A stretch of DNA of 64,000 nt from Clostridia bacterium (GTDB lineage Bacteria > Bacillota > Clostridia > Oscillospirales > Acutalibacteraceae). Positions 8,750 to 17,652 of this stretch are shown piece by piece (position 1 is the stretch's first letter; every line of letters starts with the position of its first letter). The position numbers were made by a program, and so were the translations under genes. The notes below the pieces were generated by a model. It was given only the letters and a program-made list of their open reading frames with translations. It was not told the origin of the DNA and did no database searches. The stretch lies in the NCBI GenBank assembly GCA_017407665.1, contig JAFQWC010000139.1:7309-71308 (forward strand), written 5' to 3'.

Positions 8750-8779
8750 AAGAGCGGGCAGCTTCGGCTGTCCGCTCTT
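8750..8779. terminator. Intrinsic terminator between convergent genes
   Basis: AAGAGCGGGCAGC-TTCG-GCTGTCCGCTCTT. Confidence 0.85.
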
Positions 8780-8787
8780 CCCTGTTT

Positions 8788-9039
8788 TTATGCCTGATCG
8801 AGAATCTCCTGCAGCGCAATGGCCAACTGATCCGGGCAGGATGTGCTCTTGAAGCCGCACTTGATGCCCTTGCAGCGTGCGATGTAATCCTTGGCGTTCA
8901 TGCCCTGTGCGAGAGCAGCCACACCCTGTGTGTTGCCGCTGCAGCCGCCGACATACTGTACGCTTTTGATGGTCTCGCCGTCCATATCAATGAGGATCTT
9001 TCTGGCGCATACGCCTTTTGTTGTAAATTCGTAGGTCAT
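8788..9039 (-). CDS. TIGR03905-like TSCPD-domain protein
   Basis: KGVC..GGCSGN..C..KSTSCPDQLA. Confidence 0.88.
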   Translation of the reverse strand: MTYEFTTKGVCARKILIDMDGETIKSVQYVGGCSGNTQGVAALAQGMNAKDYIARCKGIKCGFKSTSCPDQLAIALQEILDQA

Positions 9040-9044
9040 ACTGT

Positions 9045-9872
9045 TTATTTCCTTTCGTGGTCAAATAATCTATCAAATTCAGCCTGCGCCGTTATACACG
9101 TGCCGACTGGATTTTTTCTTGTGGTGTAGAAACCGTGAAAGTCCGTGCCGCCCGTCACAGCGAGATCATACTCCGCTGCGAGCCGCAGCATTTTTTCGCG
9201 GTCTTCTTCCCGGTTTCTCGGATGGTATACCTCTATGCCGTCCAACAGATTTTGCTCACAGAGCGATTCCAAGAGATCCATGCTGTTATACTCGCTCGGA
9301 TGCGCCAAAACCGCTTTTCCGCCGGCTTTATGCACGGTATCGAGCGCGGTATAAACATCCGGATACTGCACTGAACGGTACGCCGGTCCGGTTTTGGAGT
9401 TAAATAAACTGCGGAACGTTTCGCCGAAGATCGTATCGGCGCATCCGGCATCCATCAGCGCGTACATCATATGCTGCTTATACACACAGGTGGAACCTTC
9501 CGCATGACGCCGGATCATCTCCGCGGTCACCGGATACAGGGACGACACCACTTCCATGGCTTCTCTGGCTGCAGACATTCGGCTGCTCAAGGTCGCGCTC
9601 AGAAGCGGTTCGAGGACTTCCGGATATTTGGGCGCATAACAAAGGATATGAACCTTCCTGCCTCTTTCGGGATCCTTTGTGGATATCTCCACACCGGGTA
9701 CAATTTGGATACCCAGCTTCTTCCCCATCTCCACAGCCGGTGCGCAGCCCGCCATGGTGTCATGATCCGTGATCGCAAGCACTTGCACACCGCGTCTTGA
9801 TGCCATTTCCAGCACATCCTGCAGAGAAGCAGATCCGTCCGAATATCGGGTATGGCAATGCAGATCGATCAT
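9045..9872 (-). CDS. PHP-domain metal-dependent phosphoesterase
   Basis: DLHCHT..SDG, ITDHD, LAHP, GGTDFHG. Confidence 0.9.
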   Translation of the reverse strand: MIDLHCHTRYSDGSASLQDVLEMASRRGVQVLAITDHDTMAGCAPAVEMGKKLGIQIVPGVEISTKDPERGRKVHILCYAPKYPEVLEPLLSATLSSRMSAAREAMEVVSSLYPVTAEMIRRHAEGSTCVYKQHMMYALMDAGCADTIFGETFRSLFNSKTGPAYRSVQYPDVYTALDTVHKAGGKAVLAHPSEYNSMDLLESLCEQNLLDGIEVYHPRNREEDREKMLRLAAEYDLAVTGGTDFHGFYTTRKNPVGTCITAQAEFDRLFDHERK

Positions 9873-9883
9873 AGAAGCTCCTT

Positions 9884-10474
9884 TCAGCGCACGTCGGACG
9901 TGCCCTTTTCACGCAGATAGGTGGCTTCCATATCTGCGAGATGCAGCTTCACCGCGAGCGGATAGCGGTCATACGCCTGACTGATCGCAAAGCTGCCGCC
10001 GCGGGCTGCCTCATCAAAGCCGCCCATATGCCAGCGAATGGCCATGGCTTCCGCCGGTTTCAGACGAATAAAGCGTTCAATGAGATAAACGGATTTCTCG
10101 CCGTGTCCATACGGAAAGGCATCCTCTACGGTATAAAACGGCTTCTTTTCCCACTGTCCGGTTTCTTCGTTCTTGACATTGCGGGTGGACGTCTTGTAGT
10201 ACTGCGCCTTGCAGATATCGTGCAGCAAACCGCAGAGGGCAAAGCTTTCCTCACTATCCCCCTCTTCAAAGAAGTGCTCATGCAGGGTCTTATAGACATT
10301 AAGACTGTGCATCACAAGCCCGCATTCACAGGCACAGTGGTATTTTGTGCTGGCCGGTGCGGTAAAGAAATCCGTCGTATCCAGCCAGCTGAGCAGCTTC
10401 TGCGCACCTTCCCGCGCAACGTGTTTGCTGAACAGCGCGATAAATTCCTCTCTATACGGATTCGACATCGTCAT
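9884..10474 (-). CDS. HD-domain hydrolase
   Basis: APASTKYH..HS..LLHDICK..GHGEKS..WHMG..AD. Confidence 0.88.
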   Translation of the reverse strand: MTMSNPYREEFIALFSKHVAREGAQKLLSWLDTTDFFTAPASTKYHCACECGLVMHSLNVYKTLHEHFFEEGDSEESFALCGLLHDICKAQYYKTSTRNVKNEETGQWEKKPFYTVEDAFPYGHGEKSVYLIERFIRLKPAEAMAIRWHMGGFDEAARGGSFAISQAYDRYPLAVKLHLADMEATYLREKGTSDVR

Positions 10475-10554
10475 TCTCCTTGTTCGTGGATCTTTCCGCT
10501 ACAGTATAGCATATTCTGTAATAAATTTCAAATTCTTTTGTTGTATGCAGGAAA

Positions 10555-11260
10555 ATAAAAATCCACCGGCGTAGCCGGTGGTATTTCATATGCGGGCGAA
10601 GCCCTATATTACTAGCTGCACGTGTCACGTCACGTTGGTACGGTCTGACATTTGCGAGGGGATTGTTACTTGCTACTCGTGAACGAGTTCTTTAGAAATT
10701 TCCCATTGTCAGCTGTTCTCCAGCTTTATCTTCTTCAAGCTGGTGTTGGATGTACTCCTGAATCTTCTTTGCATTTTTACCTGCGGTGTCTGCATAATAC
10801 CCTCTGCACCAGAATTCTCTGTTCCGATATTTATATCGCAACTCCGGATACTTCTCGTAGATCATCAGACTGCTCTTTCCTTTGAGGTACCCCATGAAAC
10901 TTGATACTGCTATTTTCGGCGGTATTTCCAAGAGCATATGCACATGGTCCGGGCATACTTCTGCTTCTATGATCTTTATCTTTTTCCATTCGCAAAGGGT
11001 TCTCAAAATTGATCCTATCTCCTGTCGCTTTTCTCCGTAAAATACCTTCCTTCTATATTTCGGCGCAAACACTATATGATATTTGCAATTCCATTTTGTG
11101 TGTGATAAACTGTTTGTGTCATTCATTTTGAATGTCCTCCTTTTGTTGTTCCTTGCAGTTGCCAGACCGCAAGCTTATTTTACAACAAAAGGAGTTTTTC
11201 TTTCTACATTATCGACATAAGTCTTTTTTTGAACCACTCGCCCAGCGAGTGGTTTTCTTC
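10555..11260 (-). mobile_element. IS200/IS605-family insertion sequence (IS200-type, no tnpB)
   Basis: tnpA flanked by subterminal hairpins CCACCGGC-GTA-GCCGGTGG (10563-10581) and AACCACTCGC-CCA-GCGAGTGGTT (11232-11254). Exact ends are approximate. Confidence 0.85.
10692..11126 (-). CDS. tnpA: IS200 Y1 HUH transposase
   Basis: YHIVFAPKYRR, DHVHMLL, FWCRGYY, YIQHQ. Confidence 0.95.
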   Translation of the reverse strand: MNDTNSLSHTKWNCKYHIVFAPKYRRKVFYGEKRQEIGSILRTLCEWKKIKIIEAEVCPDHVHMLLEIPPKIAVSSFMGYLKGKSSLMIYEKYPELRYKYRNREFWCRGYYADTAGKNAKKIQEYIQHQLEEDKAGEQLTMGNF

Positions 11261-11268
11261 ATACAACC

Positions 11269-11296
11269 AGAAGCCACAGGAAAACCTGTGGCTTCT
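11269..11296. terminator. Terminator downstream of eno
   Basis: AGAAGCCACAGG-AAAA-CCTGTGGCTTCT. Confidence 0.7.
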
Positions 11297-11308
11297 TTTT
11301 GTGGTTTT

Positions 11309-12568
11309 TTAATCTATACCGTAATTCTGATCCAGCCCGTTCTCCATCGCGATGCGCAGGAGGCGGTTGTACTTGGCAGTGCGATCGCTGCGGCAGGGCG
11401 CGCCGGTCTTGATATACCCGGCGTTCACGGCCACGGCAAGATCGGCGATGGTCGTGTCCTCCGTTTCGCCGGAGCGGTGGGACAAAATCGTGCGCATGCC
11501 GTTCTCCTTTGCGAGACGAACGGCATCCAGCGTTTCGGTCAGCGTACCGATCTGGTTCGGCTTCACGAGTACGGCGTTGGCCGCCTTGCGCAGAATGCCC
11601 TCCCGGATGCGCTGCGGATTCGTGACGAACAGATCGTCTCCGACGAGCATCACATTCCGCCCGATACGTTCCGTCAGCGTGGTCCACGCCGGGAAATCCT
11701 CCTCGCCGAGCGGGTCCTCGATGGAGCAGATGGGATAGGCTTCGCACAGCTTTTCCCAGCGGTTCACAAGCTGCGCCGGGGTGTAGCGCGTGCCGCGCTT
11801 GGGCAGCACATAGCAGCCGTCCGGCTGAGTCCATTCACTGGACGCGGCATCGAGCGCGATCTTCACCGCTGCCGGAGAGTAACCCGCCGCCGTGATCGCA
11901 TCCAGAATGACCTCGATGGCGGCTTCGTCGTTGACCAGATCGGGTGCAAAACCGCCCTCATCACCCACCGCCGTGGCCAGCCCGCGCTGCCGCAGCAGCT
12001 TACCAAGGGCATGATACACCTCCGCACCCATGCGAATGGCCTCCGAGAAGCTCTCCGCGCCCACGGGCAGGATCATGAACTCCTGAATGTCAATGTTGTT
12101 GGCAGCGTGCGCCCCGCCATTGAGGATGTTCATCATGGGGATTGGCATTTTCACGGCATTTGCACCGCCGACATACCGGAACAACGGCTGTTTGTAATGC
12201 ATGGCAAGTGCCTTCGCCGTCGCCAAAGACACCGCGAGCATCGCGTTTGCGCCGAGTTTTTCTTTATTCGGCGTGCCGTCCAGTTCCAGCAGAATGCGGT
12301 CCACCTCCCCCACCGTCACACGGGGCAGATGTTCCAGCACGGGGGCGATGGTCTCCGCCACGCCCTGCACCGCCTTACGCACGCCGCGTCCCATGTAGCG
12401 CCGTTTGTCGCCGTCGCGCTTCTCATGGGCTTCGTACTTGCCGGTGGACGCCCCCGACGGCGCATTCGCCACGCCGATGGAACCGTCACTGAGCACCACG
12501 GTGGCACCCACCGTCGGCACGCCGCGGGAATCCAGCAATTCTGCTGCATAGACCTTCTGTATTTTCAT
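11309..12568 (-). CDS. eno: Enolase (phosphopyruvate hydratase)
   Basis: DSRGVPTV, PSGASTG, GDEGGFAP, VGDDLFVTN, SHRSGETED. Confidence 0.95.
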   Translation of the reverse strand: MKIQKVYAAELLDSRGVPTVGATVVLSDGSIGVANAPSGASTGKYEAHEKRDGDKRRYMGRGVRKAVQGVAETIAPVLEHLPRVTVGEVDRILLELDGTPNKEKLGANAMLAVSLATAKALAMHYKQPLFRYVGGANAVKMPIPMMNILNGGAHAANNIDIQEFMILPVGAESFSEAIRMGAEVYHALGKLLRQRGLATAVGDEGGFAPDLVNDEAAIEVILDAITAAGYSPAAVKIALDAASSEWTQPDGCYVLPKRGTRYTPAQLVNRWEKLCEAYPICSIEDPLGEEDFPAWTTLTERIGRNVMLVGDDLFVTNPQRIREGILRKAANAVLVKPNQIGTLTETLDAVRLAKENGMRTILSHRSGETEDTTIADLAVAVNAGYIKTGAPCRSDRTAKYNRLLRIAMENGLDQNYGID

Positions 12569-12670
12569 TCAGCACACTTCTTTCCTTGTTTTTTCTAGTG
12601 TATGTCGGAAAACATCGTATATGCAAAACGCCCACCGGAAAGGATCCCGACGGGCTTGCTTTGTATTCGG

Positions 12671-13888
12671 TTATACGAAGTTCAGCGGGTTCACACGGAC
12701 ACCGTTCTGATAGACTTCAAAGTGGAGGTGCGGGCCGCTGGACTGACCGGTGGAACCCACGTAGCCGATGACCTGCCCTTTCTGAACGTACTGGCCGGGC
12801 TGTACCGCCAGAGAACTGCAGTGTGCATAGCGGGTCTGGTATGTACTGTTGTGCCAGATGAGCACGTTGTTGCCCCAGGACCAGTGATACTCTGCGGAGA
12901 TGACCTCACCGGATTCGGCAGCGTAGATCGGTGTACCGTACGGCACGCCGATATCGAGGCCCTTATGGGGTGTACCGCTGTACATACCGCCGTAATACTG
13001 GGTGATGTTGCCGTAGCCGTAACCGGCGAGCGGCCAACGGAAGGACACGGAACCCAGACCGGCACCGCCGGGCTTTACGGAACCGCCGTTCGCGATCTGC
13101 TGCTGGCGGCGTTCCTCTTCTTCACGGGCCGCCTGTGCGTTGCGGTCTGCAATGAGGTCATTCAGCTCGGAAAGATATTCCTGGCTCAGTGCTTCGTTTT
13201 CGGCAATCAGCTCTTCCTGCTCTGCACTCTTGATATTCAGCTCATCGATGAGTTTCTGATTTTCCGCTTCCAGAACCTGCAGCTCAGCCTGTGCACTTTC
13301 GAGTTCCTTCTTCTGCTCGCCAAGCTCCGCTTTCTGCTCAGCCAACAGGTCACGCTGTGCCTGCGTCTCTTCTCTGTAAGCACGGATCTCATCCATCAGC
13401 ATCTTGTCATGCTCGGTGAAACGCTGCACGGCTTCGGAACGCATGGAGAAATCGCGGAGGCTGGTGGAATCCAGCAGGATTTCGAGCGTGGTCAGCTCGC
13501 CGCCGGAGGTATACAGCGCACGCAGGCGAACCTTCAGCTTTTCAAAGGTGGCCTCGTGCTCTTTGTCTGCACGGTCGATCTCGCCTTCCAGCTCCGTAAT
13601 GCTGATATTCAGCTCGTTGATGCGGGCCAGAGCCAGATCAATGCTCTCCTGGTAATTCAGGATCTGCTCCACGAGGACTGCCTGATAGGCTTCGGCCTCT
13701 TCGGTTTCATCCCGCAGTTCATCCAGACGGGCCTGCAGACGTTTATGCTCTTCTTTGTTGGCGCTCTGCTTGGCCTTAACGTCTTTGATCTCCTCATCGT
13801 ACTGGGAAAGCGTTTTGGCCCACGCGTTGGTCGTGATCATCATGACAAAAGCCATGACCAATGCGACGATTCTTTTACTCTTCTTCAT
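12671..13888 (-). CDS. Secreted coiled-coil + M23 peptidase (EnvC/CwlO-like)
   Basis: Signal peptide, long coiled coil, HKGLD..YAH..GPHLHFEV. Confidence 0.9.
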   Translation of the reverse strand: MKKSKRIVALVMAFVMMITTNAWAKTLSQYDEEIKDVKAKQSANKEEHKRLQARLDELRDETEEAEAYQAVLVEQILNYQESIDLALARINELNISITELEGEIDRADKEHEATFEKLKVRLRALYTSGGELTTLEILLDSTSLRDFSMRSEAVQRFTEHDKMLMDEIRAYREETQAQRDLLAEQKAELGEQKKELESAQAELQVLEAENQKLIDELNIKSAEQEELIAENEALSQEYLSELNDLIADRNAQAAREEEERRQQQIANGGSVKPGGAGLGSVSFRWPLAGYGYGNITQYYGGMYSGTPHKGLDIGVPYGTPIYAAESGEVISAEYHWSWGNNVLIWHNSTYQTRYAHCSSLAVQPGQYVQKGQVIGYVGSTGQSSGPHLHFEVYQNGVRVNPLNFV

Positions 13889-14093
13889 ACTCTATACTCC
13901 ATCATGCGGCGGGCATAGCACGGCCGCGAATTTGTTCTGTATATAATATATTACAACTCCGTAACAATTGCAAGTCTTTTTGAAATAAAATTGTTATTTT
14001 CCTGTATTTTCCTTTAACCAAGAAACCAAAAGCAGGATTCCAAGCCGAAATCCTGCTTTTTATTCCAGATTTTATGCGATATACCGGGTAAAT

Positions 14094-16487
14094 TTACCCC
14101 ACCGGCCACTCCATAAAGTTCACTTCCTGCACTTTGCCGTCCGGCTGTACACGGAAAGTTTTGATCTCATACGGGGCAAACTTTGCCGTGAACGCGGTGC
14201 CGTTCAGGTCGATCTTCGTCTCCGTCTCCGCGCCGAACGATTCAAACAGGCGCAGGATCGTGCCTTCCCCACGGTAAGCCTTCTTCAGCGCGGTCAGCTG
14301 CACGTTTTCCTGCTCCACGGTGAGGAAGCCTTTTTTCAGCGGCAGCCTGCCCGGGTGAAAGGTCTCAAACGCTGTGATGAGCGGCTGATTCAAAAGCGCC
14401 GCCTCGCGCATCACGCCGGCCTTGCGCCAGCAGCCGTCATGCGGCATGAGCACATAGGAGAACCGCTGAATGCCCTGATCGATGTAGGAATACTCCTCAT
14501 CTTCCCGCAGCACGTACGGGTCATGGTGCGCATAAACCGGGCTGCGCAGCACGGTGAAACCGATGGTGTCGTCGTGGAAATTCACGCTGTATTTATTGTT
14601 ATTGAGGATCGAAAGTCCCACGCCGCTGCCGGAAAGATCCGCCCACTGCTGCATGGCTTCTTCGCGGCCGTCCATGGCTTTTTCGATGTGACCGAACGGG
14701 ATTTCGCAGGTCGGCGTGCCGTTCTGTGTGTTCACGGGATACATGAGCTTCAGGGCCTTGTTGCGTGCCTGCCAGTTGACCGTGGCTTCCACGCGGATCT
14801 GCGCCTCGCCTGCATAGAGCGAGTACACCTGCGTCAGCGTGGATTCCCCGTACCGGCTGATGACCTTCACACATTCGCGCACGTCGCCCTTGTCCATCAC
14901 CTTGAAGCGCTCCAGTTTGAAGGCTCCCACGGGTTCATCGAGACGCACCAGAGTATGGCCCCAGGTGTCCGTGTCATCCTGCAGCACCACGGCACTTGCG
15001 GGCGCGGACAGCACCTGCTTTCCGGTACGCTTATCCAGAATGGACGAAACGGCGCCGGTTTCCGGGTCGAACGCCACGCGGAGATATTCGTTTTCGAGTG
15101 CGATGGCATCGTCCTGCCGCACAGCGGGCTCCTTGTCTCCCCGGTGGAGGAAATACACCGCATAGCCCATAGCCGGTACCTCCGCCACAAACGTATAGCG
15201 GGTGCGGTTCCAGACCTTGCAGCTCGAATCAATATACTGGAACGGAACGACATTCCCCTCGCTGTCCGTGAGATAGGCTTCTCTCTGGAACGGGATGTTG
15301 CCGAACATACCGGTCTCGAACTCCACCGGCGTTTTCACCGCCCACGAATGCGGGTTATACACCACCATGGGCAGCGTGTCTTCGTCGAGCGGGATGTCGA
15401 TGTCATAGCCGATGGCACGCAGGGCACGGCTTTCGTTCCGGTTCGCGACGGAAACGGCCTCACCAAGCTGATTGCGGGCATCATAATACGCACTTTCCTT
15501 GCCGGTGCCGGCCAGGGTATCGTGGAACTGATTGAACAGAACCTGCTGCCACGCTTCGGTCATATCGCTGTTTGCGACCGGTTTGCCGGCCAGCTCCGCC
15601 ATCACGCAGAGTTTTTCCGCGGAAAGCAGGGCGTTTTCCGCGCGGCGGTTCATGTTCTTCACCATGGATTCCGCGGCGTAGCAGCCCGGCGCGTGGTGCT
15701 GCAGTTCTCCCTTTACGAGCGGCAGCTGCTTTACGTCCAGTGTCTTAAAGTATGTATCCGGGTCGCTGAAAACGACTTTCATATTTTCCATCATCTTCTG
15801 CAGACGGCGGATGAGCTCAATGTTGCGGATGGTCGGGCCGCCGCCGTGGTTGCCCACGCCGTAGAACAGCATCAGATTCTCCTGATCCTTCGGGCCGCGC
15901 TCGGGATACGTGGAAAGCACTTCTTCGATATGCTCCCAGATGCAGTAGCCTTCCAGCAGACGGTACGTGCGCACGGTGCTGCCGTCCGGCGCCTGCCACA
16001 GGAACGCCGCCTCCGGCAGATCAGGATTTTCGCGCACGGAAGGACGCTGAAAAACGTAGTTCTCCATGCCGGCCCTGCGCAGCAGCTGCGGGATCATCGC
16101 GTTGTGGCCGAAGCTGTCCACGCAGTAGCCGGTCTTCGCGATGCGGCCGAATTTCTCCTGAAAATAGTTCTGGGAAATCAGCGCATGGCGAGCAAAGGAC
16201 TCGCCGTGCGGGATGTTGCAGTCCGGCTGCACCCACCAGCCGCCGACGATGACCCAGCGCCCGGCCTCCACGTATTTCTGAATTTTGGCAAACAGCTCCG
16301 GGTTGCTGTCCTCGATCCACGCATAAAACTGCGCGGATGAACAGGTAAAGACAAAATCGTCAAATTCATCCAGCCGGTTCAGCGCGGAAAGCAGCGTGGC
16401 CTGATTTTCCTGTTGGCCCTCCCGCCAATCCCACAGCCAGACGGGGTCCAGATGCGCGTTGCCGATCATATGTACCGTTTTTTTCAT
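14094..16487 (-). CDS. GH38 alpha-mannosidase family glycosidase
   Basis: GNAHLDPVWLW, VDSFGH, YGVGNHGGGP, NQFHD. Confidence 0.9.
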   Translation of the reverse strand: MKKTVHMIGNAHLDPVWLWDWREGQQENQATLLSALNRLDEFDDFVFTCSSAQFYAWIEDSNPELFAKIQKYVEAGRWVIVGGWWVQPDCNIPHGESFARHALISQNYFQEKFGRIAKTGYCVDSFGHNAMIPQLLRRAGMENYVFQRPSVRENPDLPEAAFLWQAPDGSTVRTYRLLEGYCIWEHIEEVLSTYPERGPKDQENLMLFYGVGNHGGGPTIRNIELIRRLQKMMENMKVVFSDPDTYFKTLDVKQLPLVKGELQHHAPGCYAAESMVKNMNRRAENALLSAEKLCVMAELAGKPVANSDMTEAWQQVLFNQFHDTLAGTGKESAYYDARNQLGEAVSVANRNESRALRAIGYDIDIPLDEDTLPMVVYNPHSWAVKTPVEFETGMFGNIPFQREAYLTDSEGNVVPFQYIDSSCKVWNRTRYTFVAEVPAMGYAVYFLHRGDKEPAVRQDDAIALENEYLRVAFDPETGAVSSILDKRTGKQVLSAPASAVVLQDDTDTWGHTLVRLDEPVGAFKLERFKVMDKGDVRECVKVISRYGESTLTQVYSLYAGEAQIRVEATVNWQARNKALKLMYPVNTQNGTPTCEIPFGHIEKAMDGREEAMQQWADLSGSGVGLSILNNNKYSVNFHDDTIGFTVLRSPVYAHHDPYVLREDEEYSYIDQGIQRFSYVLMPHDGCWRKAGVMREAALLNQPLITAFETFHPGRLPLKKGFLTVEQENVQLTALKKAYRGEGTILRLFESFGAETETKIDLNGTAFTAKFAPYEIKTFRVQPDGKVQEVNFMEWPVG

Positions 16488-16640
16488 ATACACTCCACCT
16501 TTCGGGGTCGTTTTCTGATTTCTATTATATAAATTCCTTTGGTTTCTGTAAATACACGCCCGCGCAATTCTCCGGAAATCCGCAAAAAGAACAACGGAGA
16601 CGGCTTCTTTCCGAAGTCTCTCCGTTGGTGTTTTTGAAAT

Positions 16641-17360
16641 TTAAGCGGCAGGTACCGCGGTCAGGGCTTTATACAGATAGTAACCGGCCACTGCCAGCGC
16701 GGAAACGATCGTGAGCCCTGCAATGGCGATGATCTCCCTCCGGCTGATCTGCAGCTTCACTTCCCCGGTATGGGTCAGCTTCAGCCGGTTCGTGACGGGC
16801 AGGAGCGCATTGAACAGAACCACCAGAATCAGGGACTGCACCGGGAACAGCGCAAGATTTTTAATGATGCGCGGCAGCGAGAAGATCGTGTACGATTTGC
16901 CCAGCAGAAGCATGTAATAGTAATACATACAGATGGGGTTCAAAATGAGATTGCAGATGGCGGTCACGGCGAAGCGGCCCCAGACCACGCGCATGGTTGT
17001 GATGGGCGCACGGTAATAGAACAGCGCAAACAGCACGCCGCCGAGGATCTCCACCAGCGTAAACGGGAAGAAAAACGCACCGGACGGGAACAGAAGATTG
17101 CCGATGATGTCGCTTGCGGCGGACGTGACCGCAGCCATCACCGGGCCGTAGATCATGGAGCCCAGCGCGTTGACCACAAAACCGAAGGTCACGGTGAGAT
17201 CCGGGCCGATCGGGATCTTCGCCGATTTGATCGCGATGCGCAGCGCCGTGAGCATGGCGGCAATCACCAGCACCTGCACGGATTTCATTTCCTTGACGGA
17301 CAAGAGCCAGTATTCGGCAGAAAACGGGGTTTTGAACAGCTTTCGGTTGTTTTCAGACAT
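16641..17360 (-). CDS. folT: Folate ECF transporter S component
   Basis: Hydrophobic protein with AMLTAL..YGPV..SDIIG..FFPFTL; ATG at 17360 after GGAGGT; THF riboswitch upstream. Confidence 0.85.
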   Translation of the reverse strand: MSENNRKLFKTPFSAEYWLLSVKEMKSVQVLVIAAMLTALRIAIKSAKIPIGPDLTVTFGFVVNALGSMIYGPVMAAVTSAASDIIGNLLFPSGAFFFPFTLVEILGGVLFALFYYRAPITTMRVVWGRFAVTAICNLILNPICMYYYYMLLLGKSYTIFSLPRIIKNLALFPVQSLILVVLFNALLPVTNRLKLTHTGEVKLQISRREIIAIAGLTIVSALAVAGYYLYKALTAVPAA

Positions 17361-17449
17361 AAAAATACCTCCTGAGCGTTCGTTGCCACACAGGAGGCTG
17401 CCTATGCCAAACCAACCCGGCACGGCCGGGATGCTTTTTCTCCTTATGT

Positions 17450-17549
17450 AACAGCGGGATGCGGGCGGACAACCGCGGCCAAAAGGCCTTCGTCCGCCAA
17501 TCAACTCCCCGTATCCGGCGGCACTTAACGCTGTCTGCCCTACTCTGTT
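17450..17549 (-). ncRNA. THF riboswitch aptamer
   Basis: Minus strand ACAGAGTAG..GCGTTAAGTG..GGGAGTTG..ACGAA..GCATCCCGCTGT, upstream of folT. Confidence 0.88.
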
Positions 17550-17652
17550 TGAGAATACTATACCGCATTTTGGAAAGAAAGTCCAGTATATTTTCCTTGC
17601 ACGCAAAAAAGGTCCGCTCTTGAGCAGACCTTTCATAGAGAATTCTTTATAC

